The position numbers and the translations under genes are program-made. Of a stretch of 64,000 bases of DNA, positions 1 through 13,039 are shown piece after piece. The stretch is from Asterias rubens (lineage: Eukaryota): contig NC_047082.1 of the NCBI RefSeq assembly GCF_902459465.1, positions 1,922,001 through 1,986,000 of the forward strand, in the 5' to 3' direction. Positions within the stretch are counted from its first letter, which is position 1, and each line of letters starts with the position of its first letter. The notes under the pieces were generated by a model. That model did not search any database. It was given only the letters and a program-made list of their open reading frames with translations, and was not told the DNA's origin.

Positions 1-107
1 TTTCTTACTTTTCTTATGCTTTTATACTTCTCAAATTCTGCCTTGGGTATTTATCTCGATTTAGTCAAGTTGTTTAAATTTCAGTTTATTTTTATTTGTA
101 TCCTTAC

Positions 108-3100
108 CTCACATTCTTCCATTGTTGCTGTTCCCTTGGCAATCTTCGCACCAATACCCTCATTGAAGCTGCTGTAACGATTCTGTAAGAAAAAGTTTGT
201 TTGCTTTAAACCACAAAGAAATTAAGCAAAGTTCTGAGTTGAGAATGTCAAGAAAGTAAAGTCCGGGATAGAGTAAAAGATAACTGATGTGTGTATTCTT
301 ACCTGCACCATCTTGGCCATAGCTCCTTCAGCAACCAGCTTGGCAGCACAGCGCAGACCTCTTGCAAAACAGTCCATAGCACCAACATGGGAAATAAACA
401 TGTCTTTAAGGTTGGTTGATTCTCGGCGTACCTTGGCATCGAAGTTCAACCCGCCAGGAGCAATGCCATTCTGCTCAATCACAGCCTAGGAAAATATCAA
501 GAAGATTCTATACAATGAATTTCCTTACTAGGAGGAAAGAATGCCCTTATAATGACTAGACGGGGCGTTTCCCTGTAACACCCAAAGTCTCCACCATGTG
601 TGGCTGGAAATGCTACACCTCCATTTGTCTCGGAAGATTTAAAAGTAGGAACGAACAAACGACGAAACTAAATGTAATTATTTGCTTGGAAGTTTTTGAT
701 CAAACCAAAATATGGACAACCCAAAAAATACCAATGGAAATCTGAAATACAATATACTGAGGGAGATTTGTTAATACTTTTTTGGGAAAAGCAAATGTGT
801 GTTTTTATGGAATGGACATTGAGTTGAGGATTAAGGAGTTGTGAGTTCACTTCTGTGGAATAATAAAGATTGAAAGATACCTTCATGACCAGAGTGGTAT
901 CCCTGACATCCATTGGAAACTGGTCAGTATCCCACCCTAGATCAGGGGACCCAGTGTTGGAGTCAATGGACCCAAGCATACCGAACCTAGAATGAAAAAG
1001 GAAGTCAGATTTCAGGGCCCTCATAAAACAAATGTTTATATCCCCAAATCTTAATATAACATAGAAACAGGTTATGTATCGATGTGAGGCTTTACACGAG
1101 TCACAATATTGTTGTGCTTCTGTGTCTTTCAAAGATGTAAAATTAATATTGCTGCCATTAAATGACCAAATGAATAATATGTATCAAGGGCTGTAGCAAA
1201 GTGGTATTTGAGCCATTGCACATAGGTTCAAATACCGTCCACACTAGATGCAGTGTTTGTTTCTTTCAGCAAGACTTTACACTAATTGCTGCATTAAACT
1301 TTATTATTGGCAACTGCCTAGTGGAACACAAAACTTTGTGAAGTTTCTAGTTTTCTATGACACCAAAAATATAAAACGAGGAAATCATGGACAACAGAGG
1401 GTCGAGATTGTATGAGACTTACCCGGAAGCCATGACGATGTCATGCTCATAGGAGTGTCCTGCTAGCATTGTGTGGTTAGGTTCTACGTTGATTTTGAAA
1501 TCATCGGCCAACCCAAAGTGCTTGAGAAACCCGATCACAGTCATTGCATCTGGGTGAAAAATATAAGTAAAGTGTAAAATATTACTCCCTTCACCCCTGC
1601 AGACAATAGTGAACAGCGGTTATTCTCCCTCAGGTTTTTCCTAAGAATCACATCTTTCTCTCAGTGTTGCATGGATGCGCAACTGGGCAAAGTAACAAAC
1701 ACAACCTGCTTCTTTTCAGAAACACTAAGTTTGAAGATGTGAGAATACTTTCAAGGGTTTCTGTATACATGTACTGTACCTACCATAATCATACTGATGT
1801 CTGGTTGGCTCCTTAGGTTTAGGCTCAATCAACAACTGACCTCCAAACCCAATCTGCTTCTTGTAATCTGTAAAAGAAAATCACCAGTTCAATTAAGTTT
1901 TCATAATCACAATTGGTTTAAGAAATTCAACATTTTCCTAATTCCAGCGAACAAACTTACCAACGGCCATCTTGAAGAAGTTTGCTGCATGGGAGAGCTC
2001 AGCCATAACGTCGGTGTTAAGAAGGCTGTTGTATCCTTCACGGCCGCCCCAAAACACTGTAATTAATAAGAAGAAAAGTATGACAAACTTTCATGTCTTT
2101 ACCTCAAAATAGAAATGTTGCTTTTCTACAATTTTGGTCGTGAAGTCAGATACTAGTTGCGCGCCATGGTCAACAGTCTCCTATATTCTCCTGCTGGATG
2201 GTGTTACATGTTAAGTATAATTTGACACGGTGCACTGATAAGATAATCGTAAGGGTCTTTACCGGACAGATTTCAAAGAAATATAAACTAAATCAACTTT
2301 TCTTACCAAAGTTTTCAGCATCCAGTTTCTTGCCGATTTCAAGTCCCTTCTTGACTTGTGCAGCTGCATACGCAACAACATGAGCATCTGGGTTCGTGGC
2401 AGCACCATTCATGTACCTAAAACAAAACAGGGTCAAATACTCTGGTCAAGCATCACCGTGGTGACAATTAACAAACAAAACATGACCAAATAAAATCTAT
2501 TACGATTTAACCTTTTACTTTATGTCTTATTGCCATCATAATCTCATAGGAAACTTTCTAAGTAGGAGACCAATTTTATTAAGTCTCTAAGCAGATAATT
2601 TCTGGTTAAGAAGCGGCCATTTTTACTTGAGTTTCTTTTTCCTTAGCACCCCTAACCGCAAGCAAGGCAAACTGCACACTAGCTTGCCGACAGTTCTTCA
2701 AGCAGAGAGCGTCTTTTTCCTTAGCACCCCTAACCGCAAGCAAGGCAAACTGCACACTAGCTTGCCGACAGTTCTTCAAGCAGAGAGCGATGTAACAAAG
2801 CAAATCCATTGTAATCACAGTATCAAATTTGTTTTGTGCTATATTTTAAGACATTTTACCAGAACCAAAGTAATTTAAAAGACACTTAAGTTCCCTAATA
2901 ACCTTGGATTGGCAAAGAGATTGCAGGTATTCCACAGAAGTTTGACACCTGTCTTTGCCATCAGTTCCTTAGCTAGGTCTGTTATCTCGTCAAGGTTACG
3001 GTTAGTCTCTTCCAGTGTTGCACCTTCAGGAGCTACATCCCTGTCAAACAAATCCAAACATTTGGTTAGTGATTATCCGTCTTTAGGCTTTTCATTTAAT

Positions 3101-6100
3101 GAGTTTGGAAAACTTCAACCTCAAAACAGAGATGACAAAGCAACTGTACAAATGTGCTTCAAAGCTAGATTAGACTGAGAGGTAGAACGGCCCCATTTTG
3201 TGTGTGTAAACCACTCGATGCTTTTGAAAAAATGCTCTTCCTATGTTTCAGTTCTAGATAATTTGTAATTTTCTTTTGCACTCAGCAATAACTGTTTCAT
3301 TGATCTTTTTTTTAACTACTTGTTAAGGTTAAAGTTTAAGTTGTTGGTAAATAACTTCAACAAACCTGTCATGGAAGGTCCAGTACTTGACTCCAAGTTT
3401 ACTGAAAAATTCAAAGGCAACTCGGAGACGTCTCTTTGCATTGTCCATGCTCTCGGTACCTAAAATATTAAACAAGTGGCTAAAAGTTATTGCAATTTTG
3501 TTCATTTTCGACTAAAGTAAAAGTAGATTGTTTACAGATTTCCAACATGTGATAATTAACAGTTTAGAGTTTAATTCAACTAACCCCTTGTAAAACACTC
3601 TTAGTTTGATTGTTCAATGTATGAGGTCATGCTGAATGTTCACATCAAAGCTCATGATATGTTTAAGAAGTTTTAGAAATAAATTTCAACATGAGTTTAT
3701 TTTCACTAGATATTACACAGGCATCTCATAGAACTTGTTACAACAATATTTCACTTAAAAAGTGAAGAAATTATCTGGGCCAGATTTCATGAGGCATAAA
3801 AGCACAAAAACTTGCTAAGCACAGACAATTCTTGCTTAGCATATGAAGTCGCTAAGCATAAGTTTCTGCTAAATAGCTTTGAGAGATTAGGTCCTTATCA
3901 GTCGACAAGTTGCTTGCTTGATTTCATGAATAGAACGCCAACAACTCATCTTTGTCCATGACTAGAAACAAACCTACCATCATCCCATGGTCTCTTTATG
4001 GTTGGCATTCCAAAGGGATCCAATCCAACTCCTCTAAAAGTATGCCAGTAGCAGGCTGAGAAACGCAGCCATGCCTCCATTGAATGACCATTAATCACCT
4101 GAAAACAAGAAGACAATACAGGACTACATTATATGTTTAAGTTAACCCATTTGATTAAAGAATAATTAAAAGAATTCAGAATGTACAAATCTGAAAGTTA
4201 CAGCTTTTTGTAACACTATTTCGCCCAATTGTAACATTTTATGATTAGATTTCATGCAAACAGCGTTGAAACATTCCGAAACAAAAGGTACAATCTGAAC
4301 TACCTCAGCTAAATTTTGTACAAAAATTATGGTTTTTGCATTTCAAGAGTCTTCTAACTCAACCAGGCCATGAACTATGAACACAACTTGAGGTGGTTTT
4401 TAATCTGAAAAGCTCTTCATCACTTTGTAAAAAAAAGATCATCAGGTTAATCCTTTGTACAGGAATAAAGTGATCATTTGAAGACACAGCAAAGTGATTT
4501 CTCAACACATTCTTACCTCCTTTGCATTGTAATGTTTAAAGCACAACACTTCAGTCGGCCCAGCCCCAGGTTTGTATTCTATCTTCCCAATCCCTGTAGC
4601 ATGAGAAGGGAAAATTATTCAAATATTGAAAATTACTGATTGGACAGACCTTTATTTACACAAAGAGTGACCTTGTAAATGTACATTCCAGGGCCTTTTT
4701 GGCAGGCAAACTACTGCACTTGTCATCTTTATCATTGGGGAAATGTTTTCATTTTGTGTGAAAAGTTTCACATTAATACAAGTTCTGAGATGTGCCATCT
4801 TTCTTCACTTCAAAAGGGTGATACAAATCATACAGTGCAATCTCTGCAAAATATAAGAACTAGTTTTTTCTTCCATTGAGCTGTGTACAAACTATGCCAA
4901 CAGGAATTTCAGGCTCTAAATCTCTTCAAAATTTAAACTGCAACTTCTTTATTCTAAACAGGCATATCAATTAATTACCAATCCACCTGTTCATCCACCT
5001 GTTCGAAAATAATATACCATAATGTCAAAGGAATGTTTAGGGCCTATCTTATTTTAACAATAATATCATATGGTGCATACAACGATCCAATGATGCCACA
5101 TATCTGGGAACCAAGAAAGCAGACCCCTACTTAACTCTACATGCCTCATCTGTGTTCTGTTTTAACACCAATTATTGTTTTCTTCAACCGTTGCATATAT
5201 GCGACCAGTATATACCCCAAGATATGTTTGTGTCATGCTAAATGGGGGGGGGGGGGGGGGGGGGACAAAAACAATTATGAGTCTAAGCATGGTCTAAGGC
5301 CTATCAATTGTGAACTTTATTGCCCTGATAATGAATGACCAACTCATTGTATAGACCATGTGAACCTTGTTTACAATAAGTGTGACCTTGTACATTCTTT
5401 GAGTATTCTGGCAGTCAAGATACTACACTGGTCCTATGGGAAAGTTGACATTTTGTGTCATAATTTCCACATAAAACCAAGAGTTGTGAAGTAAAAGCTG
5501 GTCAAGTTTTGAGATGTTCCCCTTTTCATCATATCAAAAGTTGATAAGAATTAGACAGTGCAATCTCCATAAAATATAAGATTTTATGTTTTCTTCCATT
5601 GAGCTGTACACAAAGCATGCCTGCAGGAAGTCCAGGCTCTGTGTCCCTTTTGTAAACATGTGATGTCACAGGTCACATCTTCTATATATGGAGACTAATA
5701 ACATTCTACCACTACCAGGACTTATGTAATTAGGTAAACAAACTTTACACCTGTTACACCCAGGTCTCTTATCTGAAAGCATGTTTGACTTGTTCTTATA
5801 TTTTGCAATAACCACACAAACTGGCTTGCTTGTCCTACCCACCCTCCTGTCCTAGTCAGCATTGGATTAAATCAAGGCATGAACACTGAGCAAATAACCT
5901 CACTGAAAGTAGTAGAACCCAAAGCTTTTATGTAAAAACTGCTAATACAGTGCTAAAAATTAGTACAAAACCACAGTTACTGAGCTCATCTGAGTCCAAA
6001 TGGTCCAATAAGCCACCCAAACTTTTGTACATAGATGAACCCCAGATAAGGCCTGGCCGTGCAAAATAGTTCGTTGCTGATAAATTAGCGTCAGGAACTT

Positions 6101-6706
6101 GCAAGAAGGAAAATAGGAGGGTTTTTAATGTTTGTATATTTTTTATTATGCACGCAAAATTTTTACCTGCCACAATCAACCGATTTAAAGAGCAAAATCA
6201 ATTCTACCTACCTCCATGCTTTGACTTGGTAGGTGTGGCAGAGACTACACCTACTTATTATGGTACATCATCATAAGTGCATCGATGATCGTGGTGGACC
6301 AAAAGTGCAGACTGTATTTTTAGACTGAAACAAATTTGGCCATGCCATTCAATCAAGCTACAACGGCTATTTAGCCTAATAAAGGTACTACCATAGAAAT
6401 AGAGCAAGTTCTATTCCTTACTCTAATGGCACAACGGGACAGTTCGTCGAGTCTATACAAGCGGGTCTATTCATACTGTGGTATGTGGGTGCATGGAGGA
6501 ATAAAATGAATAAATTACATGGTGGTAACAACATCGATCAATCATGGAGGAGGAAGAACAACATTATCTGAATACACCTGTGCCCGCTACACCTGTAAAC
6601 CCACAAACCACAAACTAAGTCACCTACCCGGGAAAAATTCAGCAGCACTTCCATTGGGAGAGTCCCCAGACAAACGGGCTCTTTTTGATTTCGATTCTTG
6701 TGACAT
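108..6706 (-). CDS. xylA: Class II xylose isomerase, spliced; 3' end runs off the left edge of the window
   Basis: Coding exons (minus): 6706-6628, 4593-4517, 4098-3978, 3459-3366, 3040-2903, 2416-2307, 2056-1961, 1867-1784, 1549-1423, 986-881, 485-303, 182-108. All are GT-AG with matching phases (430 codons). Class II XI motifs are intact: [63 protein letters not shown]. Confidence 0.95.
1190..1300 (+). mobile_element. Degenerate tRNA-derived SINE fragment in xylA intron
   Basis: A-box-like TAGCAAAGTGG, B-box-like GGTTCAAATAC, then a TGTTTCTTTCAGCAAGACTTTACAC segment resembling SINE core sequences. Confidence 0.4.
2634..2789. repeat. Exact 78-bp tandem duplication in xylA intron
   Basis: TCTTTTTCCTTAGCACCCC...AAGCAGAGAGCG occurs at 2634-2711 and again at 2712-2789. 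Confidence 0.95.
3775..3895. mobile_element. Internally deleted MITE (GGGCCC-ATTTCAT / GCTAAGCA family)
   Basis: Ends and GCTAAGCA/TGCTTAGC repeats match the fuller copies at 45189-45377 and 54715-54958. Confidence 0.6.
4670..5640. repeat. Two diverged copies (~4670-4915 and ~5370-5640) of an intronic repeat
   Basis: Shared blocks GTGACCTTG...TACATTC and ACAGTGCAATCTC...AAAATATAAG...TTCTTCCATTGAGCTGT...CAGGCTCT. Confidence 0.6.
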
Positions 6707-7527
6707 GGTAACAAAATCCAATCAAAATTCCTTATCCCAAGCCAATAATTAAGAGTTAGATGTAACAACTCTGTTTAGGCCGTGTCCGAAACGGCGACTT
6801 CGGTCACTATGCGAAGAGATTTCCTATGGGTAAAGCGGTGTGCCAAGGGCGCCCCCAAATTTTCTGTGTCAGCTTGTTTGTCTTTACATAATGAGGTCAA
6901 AGATCGTTGGCTGACCGCATTGTATCCAGGGATGCACAGGGTTTCATCGACTTAATCAGTTTGAGATAATTGAACCTCCATGGTTTGAGATACCTGATTT
7001 CCACTTTAATTGTTTCGCGGACAAGTTTCAGTTAGGCCAATCGAACAATACAGTTCACAGCATGTTGTCAAACTTATAGTTATGTCTACGCAAGCAACCC
7101 TCCGCCAAAAAATAATGTTCTTTTTCCTCTTCCATAAAATACATGCCCAAAATTAGAAAAGGGGAATACTTTAGAATGAAGTTGCAAACCGCCTTTTCTG
7201 ATTGTTAATTTTGTAAATTAGTTTACCGCAAAGTGATTTCATTATTTGTAAATGATATTTTCCTCCGTATCTAAATGTCAGGGTTATCATCGCACTCATG
7301 CTGTAAATGCGGCCAGTTTACCTCTAAAAAGTATGGCCTAGTCATTGTCACTAAAAGAACACACATAAAACTTCAAACAAATGAACTGCGGCTGATCAAG
7401 TACACAACTGGTTACCAAACGACTTACTTGCTACTAACTTCAAAATTAGCAGGAAACCAGCCAAAGGCAACGCTTAGAATTGTTTTTGATAGTTATTAAT
7501 AGCTCATCATGTGACCATTGTGAGGAT

Positions 7528-7589
7528 ATTTGCATAACGCATTCTTACTTAGCCAATCAGTAGCAGGTTTGTCACAACTGTTGACCAAT
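7528..7589. promoter_or_regulatory. Putative xylA promoter: octamer plus two CCAAT boxes
   Basis: ATTTGCAT at 7528-7535; AGCCAATCAG (CCAAT 7553-7557) and GACCAATGGC (CCAAT 7585-7589), 32 bp apart. A minus-strand donor GTAAGT at 7427 suggests a non-coding first exon just downstream. Confidence 0.55.
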
Positions 7590-9339
7590 GGCGAGCCTTA
7601 AAATGGTTCCCCTAAAATTTTAGCAGACAACATTTTCTCTTTCCTCGTGGGTTGTGAAGGGGTCAGTGTATCCTTTCGCAAAGGAAAAATAGGTTTATTT
7701 GTTTCAGATTTCACACAAAATATTGAAATAAATAACAAAGTTATCCTCCTTGAGCCATATTGAGAATATTTTACAAGAATAGCAGAAGTTTTATTCAACA
7801 AAAGTTGAAATTTGAAGACATTTTAAGTGGCGCGTAAGGATATAGTTTAGAGTGAACCGCCGGCGCCCCGAAGAAAAATGCAAAAGTGACACCAAGCTCT
7901 GGTGCGCTTTTTTCAGTAGCAGTGAAATTTTAATGCAGAACTGACTTTATTAAAATTCTGTGAGAATTTTGTTCACATGAATTTCCTTTTCTCACATTAG
8001 GTGTCGTTTTTATTCTCAAACATTGACCGGAAACGTTTGCTGATGGAACCGGCGTCTTTTTCATCTCGGCGGAGGACATATTTTCCGGGAAAATTTGAAC
8101 TGAATGCAGTAATTTCTCATGGGACCAAGCTCGACCATGAAATGTTTTGTGCGTGTAGGCTCACATGAACACAGCGGAGGATTTGGGTGAGTTTTCAAAT
8201 TGTTGTAAACTGCAAGTGAATTACAGAAATGCCCGAGAGAAACCGGAGGAATTTGGGGTATGTATGCTAGTATTAGTAAATGTCAAGGGAACATTTCTAC
8301 TGAGAATTTTCTATTAACTATCATGTAAAATGAATGCGTCTGTGCTGTGCCAACTCAGCACAAAACATTCCTGACCATTTGGGTCTGTCTAGCCCACTAA
8401 AACATTTCACAAACAGTGAATTTTAAAATAGTTCAACCTGTGTCTATGAAGGTATTTGTGGTCTAGACATGTAAATAGCTTAAGCTAATTAATCCAATAA
8501 AAAAAACGGAACTTAAATGCAGCAGTAGAGGCGCACTACAATGGAAATTGTATAACTTGAACTATTGTGTGAAACATCTGTCTCGTCCGGAGTTGACAAT
8601 GAATAGGGGTCATGACCCAAGAATGCGTCAATGCATCTCATCAACAACAAGGTTGAGTTAATCCACAGTCTCCTCAATATTCCACTGATTGAGTGAAAAT
8701 AAACTGAACTGAACTGAACTCAATTAAACTGATACTAAAAATAGACTTCAGATACAAACTTTTAAGCTTGTAAACGCGGAGGAAGCTGACTGTGTGACTC
8801 TTCTTCGGAAAAAGAACCAATTCACAGCAACCGTGTTTAGAGAGTGTCCGAGAACATCTCTCCATCAAAACATTAAACAAAAATTGAAGAGTAACTCTTC
8901 TCGAGCAATGGACAATGAAATGGTGCATTATATCCAAACACAACAAACATCAACAACAGAACATCAAACATTACAGAACCAAAACAAACAACAGACATAA
9001 ACTGCTCAACAAATTAACAAAATAAGTAGGTTTTAAATTAATGGTAAAACCTTCAATATCACATTTTTTAGAGCATAATATAACATTTAGTGTAAATTTT
9101 AATTTTTTTTAAAGGAATGATAGACCTAAATGAATGAAGTGAAACTGTTTGAGTGAATGGAAGTGTGCATGAGTTTTAAAGTCTAAGAGCTGTACACTTG
9201 TGTTGAAAGTTTCTTACTATTCTGCGTGTTGTTTTCTTTTGGCATAATTGAGGATATTGGTCCTCTGTTTTGGCTGTATGCCAGTCCCATAATGTGGACA
9301 AGTGAATGTGTTGTGGTAACACTCACTGTAAAATTTGTA

Positions 9340-10590
9340 CTCTTTGTCTCGTCTCCCATTTCCTGATGGCCTTATTGAGGAATTCTTAATCCTCATAACA
9401 ATATTGGTCATTACAAATAGTCTCCACTTATAGTGGAGCTGTTGTCATGAACACTTTGTGGTCTCCCTAGAAGGTGTGTTTACTAACAGCAGGTAAAGGC
9501 TGCTGTATTGAGTAACACAAAAACTAAATTTGATATTATTGGTTTTCAGTAACACATTATGTTTATATCTATGGGTAGAAAGGTGTTCTTTTGAGAACTT
9601 ATCTTGCTAATTGCTTTATATATTCTACTCAATTAGTTGAAGTAAATTCATAGAGATGTCTAAATTGTGTAGGGTCTTGAGAATTCATGGTTGATGACTT
9701 GAATGTTTTCAAACCTTGCAGATTTTTTACTCTTTGTACCATGTGGAGAATTCCTAACCCTCAATATTGGTCAATACAAATAATACCCTCTTAAGAGCTG
9801 TCAAAGTTTTTAAAATCTTTAATATAGTCTTCATATAGAAGGTGTTTACAAGATAATCTTTAGGGTTCACATAACTCATGGTTGATGAGTTTTAATATAG
9901 GTTTTTCTTTGTGTCTAGTGTATCTGATCTCCTTCTATATTGGCTCATCTGAGGAGTCCTTAATCCTCAGAGTTTGTCAATTAATCTGGGGAAATTGAAA
10001 AAAGGTCATAAAAATATTAATCTTACTTGTGTTAGGGCTCTGAGAAATCATAATTGATGAGTACATGTAGTAGGTTTTAATCCTGTAGCATGTGTATGCT
10101 AATCTTTTCCTGCCTAACTGGCTCATCTGAGGAATCCTCAATCCTCATCATTGGTCATCACAAATAATATCCTCTCAGTTAGAGCTGTTAGTGTGTAAAA
10201 ACTTTGTGGTCTCCTCAATTAGGGTCATAGAAATATGAACTCACTTGTGTTAGGGTTCTGAGAAAATGGGTAGTGTATGTAGGATTTAATCTTTGTATCA
10301 AGTGTATCTAATCTCTTCCTGCCTATATTGGCTCATCTAAGGAATCTTTTATCCCCATCAATGGTCAATCCAAATAATCTCCTGCTATTAGATGGAGCTG
10401 TCGTCATGCATGTTAACAAACTGTTTGGTAAATTTAAGTAGGGCCATCAAAATAAAATATTACTTGTTTTAATTTATAGGGCTCTGAGAAATCATGAGTT
10501 GTAGGATTTAATCCTTGTATCACGTGTATGCTGATCTCTTTCTGCATTCGTTTGGTTCATCTGAGGACTTCTTAATCCTCACATCTGCAT
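9340..10590. repeat. Degenerate tandem array, about six units of ~190-220 bp
   Basis: Recurrent blocks TGGCTCATCTGAGGA(A/G)TCCTTAATCCTCA, ATTGGTCA-TACAAATA, GAGCTG and TTAGGGCTCTGAGAAAT. Confidence 0.8.
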
Positions 10591-10889
10591 AAGGGTTGAT
10601 GTGTCAAATTAATGATCTTAAGATGCGCATAAGATAATTAATTTGACCCATCGTTTTGTTTTTTAAAGCCTGTGGACCCATCTGTACTATAAAACCTTAT
10701 GGACTCGTGTATTTAGTAGGCATCCCAACTTTTCTATGTAAAGGCCTAGGCCTCCTTGCATATATTAAGGTTAAGGCAGTCTTTTTTAAAATCATCATTT
10801 ATTTTTATGGTGAAATAATATCATGTTTACTCTTTATCTTCTGTCTTATCTGTCTTGTTCTTTGGCTACCTGGGGACTTATTATCATCA

Positions 10890-12480
10890 GCGTTGTTGGT
10901 TGATTACCTTGGTCATTCTTGTATTCGTTACCGTGGTGATAATTTTATGCCTGGAAACTAAACTTGGTGTTAGTTTTCATCATTGTCTTTCATTCAATCG
11001 GCTTATTGAGGAATTCTTAGTCCGCAGTGCCTCAGCCGAAATCATTAACTTTTTATTGCCTTAAAAGGAGGCAACTTTTTATACCATCCCTTGAGCCATC
11101 TATTTGATGGCAGGGTACTAATTTGGTAATAGCCAAAGTCCAGTATCCTCACTTGGTATAAAAATCACTGTAAAGTAATTTTGAAGGGATGAGAGTGTGA
11201 TAGATGAATTGATGAATGAAAGTGATGATAGGGGACTTTTAGGCTTTTAAAAACAAATTATTTATAAATAAATGTAGGTTAAAAATAAGAACAATTTGTA
11301 ACAGTCATCAAACATAAACAACTTGAACAAAAACACTGCAGTCATACATATTTTGTACAAATTAATAAACAAACCGTTCAATGCACCATTTCTTAGGCAA
11401 TGAGACTTCTTCGATTTGAACCTTTTTAAGGACTACTTCTTCATTTGAACAGTGACTTCAAACTTAGCCATGCCAAGGCAATTAAAAACTTCAAGATATT
11501 TTCTCAGGAATTGGAAAATCCAAAAAGCCACCTCTGACATTCTATGGAATGTACTGCACGCGAACAAGAGTGACCAGGATTGTGCGAAATTCTTTGGAAT
11601 GTGAATCGACCAGGATTGTTTGAAACACCATGACTTTAATTCTACATGCCTAAAAACAATGTCTGCTGATTTTGGACTCTAAAAACAGTTTGATACTGTG
11701 CTATTAGTGATGTGATTTATTTTTTGCCCTTCACTGATGAACAAATGTCTGTACTTATCATTGTATTAAAATATGAAAATGTAAGGATGTATGGAAATCT
11801 GTTCCTAATTTCACATTTTTGGTCAATTCATGTAAAACCCAGTAGGCAATATGCTTTCTAGGGGACAAGCAGCTTCCAATATAACATAATGACATTTTAA
11901 GGATAAAAAGCCTCACCTCAAGTTGTCATGATTTGTACCAACTACTGACAATGTTACAGTGAAAAGATCAATTATGGAAAGTCAATGTGAACTGAGCACT
12001 TTCAAGACAGTTTAGTCACCCAAGAGGCAAACCATCATCAATATTATCAAGATATGCCAACATTTGAAATATGTCTATGGAAAAACTGTGTCTATGGAAT
12101 TGTCTATGGAATTGTCTTTGGAAATGTCTATGGAATAAGTGCTGTGTGCCAACAAACAATAAAACAGTGGAATATGTTCTGTGGATTGACAATAAATGAA
12201 CAAAGAAGTCAGGATAAACATTATCAATCACCGACTTGTGCCAAGAGCAAGAAACAATAAACTTTAAAGGAGAGAACAGTGACCGTTAAAAGAAACACAC
12301 AATGCAACATTCACAAACAATGGACACTCAGTCAAACAAAAAACACAAAACATGTCAACATCATTAAAATAGAACAATGACATGTTATTCTTAATTGTTT
12401 AATTAATCAAATGTTAAATTAATCAACTTTTTTAAACCAATTTTAAAGGAGCGATGATGAATGAAGTGATTAGTGTGGGG
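10890..12480. repeat. Segmental duplicate copy A (paralogous to ~15865-17405; partial third copy ~8590-9150)
   Basis: Colinear blocks such as AACTTGGTGTT, CCCTTGAGC, AAAAATCACTG, ACTTGAACAAAAACA-TGCAGTCATACATA, TTTTGGACTCTAAAAACA, GTCTATGGAA repeats and CAATGGACACTCAGTCAAACAAAA. Confidence 0.85.
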
Positions 12481-12739
12481 GTATTGGTACTTTCCAATAC
12501 CAAGTGTTTGAGCACTGATGAAAGTAATGGGCCATCCATTTTACTTTCTCCTCATATGTGGGTCAACCCCCCCCCCCCCACTTTGTCTTTTTTTCTTCTC
12601 TGGTGGGTCAAGTATCCCATGTGTATCTATTTCAACTGGTGGCCATCTCATATTCTTCTTGATGGGTCATTTCACTTACTTTCTTCTACATACTAACTCA
12701 TTTTCATCTTGATCACCTTTGAACTGGTGTGTGTGCGGA

Positions 12740-12945
12740 ATTGGCACAAGGACATCTTTACTATGTGTTAAGGCCCAAAGTTCTCCCAGAGGGAAACATT
12801 GCAGGAAGCAGACCCAAAGGTGTAGCTGATGAAAAGGGTGGTTCTAGGATATCAAGCACTTCTGCGAAGAGGCTGAAGAGGCAGCAGTAGGACAACAACA
12901 GGGACCTATGGAGACGCATCGTGGTTGGGAAGCCATCTCTGGGAC
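12740..12945 (+). mobile_element. 3' remnant of an RTE-clade LINE ORF (frameshifted)
   Basis: Piecewise translation GHLYYVLRPKVLPEGNIAGSRPKG / (K)RWF*DIKHFCEEA / NRDLWRRIVVG resembles the RTE C-terminal pattern G..EG.R.RGRP..RW.D.I....A.DR..WR..V. Confidence 0.6.
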
Positions 12946-13039
12946 CTACCTCGGGAGGACGGCTATAGTGAATTCTTTACTATGGCATCCATATATGGGT
13001 CTTTAATAAACATTGAAAAGAAATCTTTTCAATATTTAT

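Noticed and set aside
2606-2878. ORFs with an internal 26-aa repeat
   Set aside because: Created by the 78-bp intronic tandem duplication; no splice or homology support.
5244-5263. Poly-G/poly-C tracts here and at ~12567, 18451, 19148, 21906, 36603, 42180, 58636 and 60685 as functional G-quadruplex elements
   Set aside because: Scattered through introns and repeats with no positional pattern; looks like a genome-wide homopolymer habit.
108-6706. Bacterial contamination or recent horizontal transfer of xylA
   Set aside because: At least 12 canonical spliceosomal introns containing host repeats, in continuous animal sequence.
9940-10570. Selenoprotein reading of the TGA shared by array units (frame FLR*A)
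   Set aside because: Other stops and frameshifts occur in the same frame, no SECIS was seen, and synonymous changes favour a different frame.
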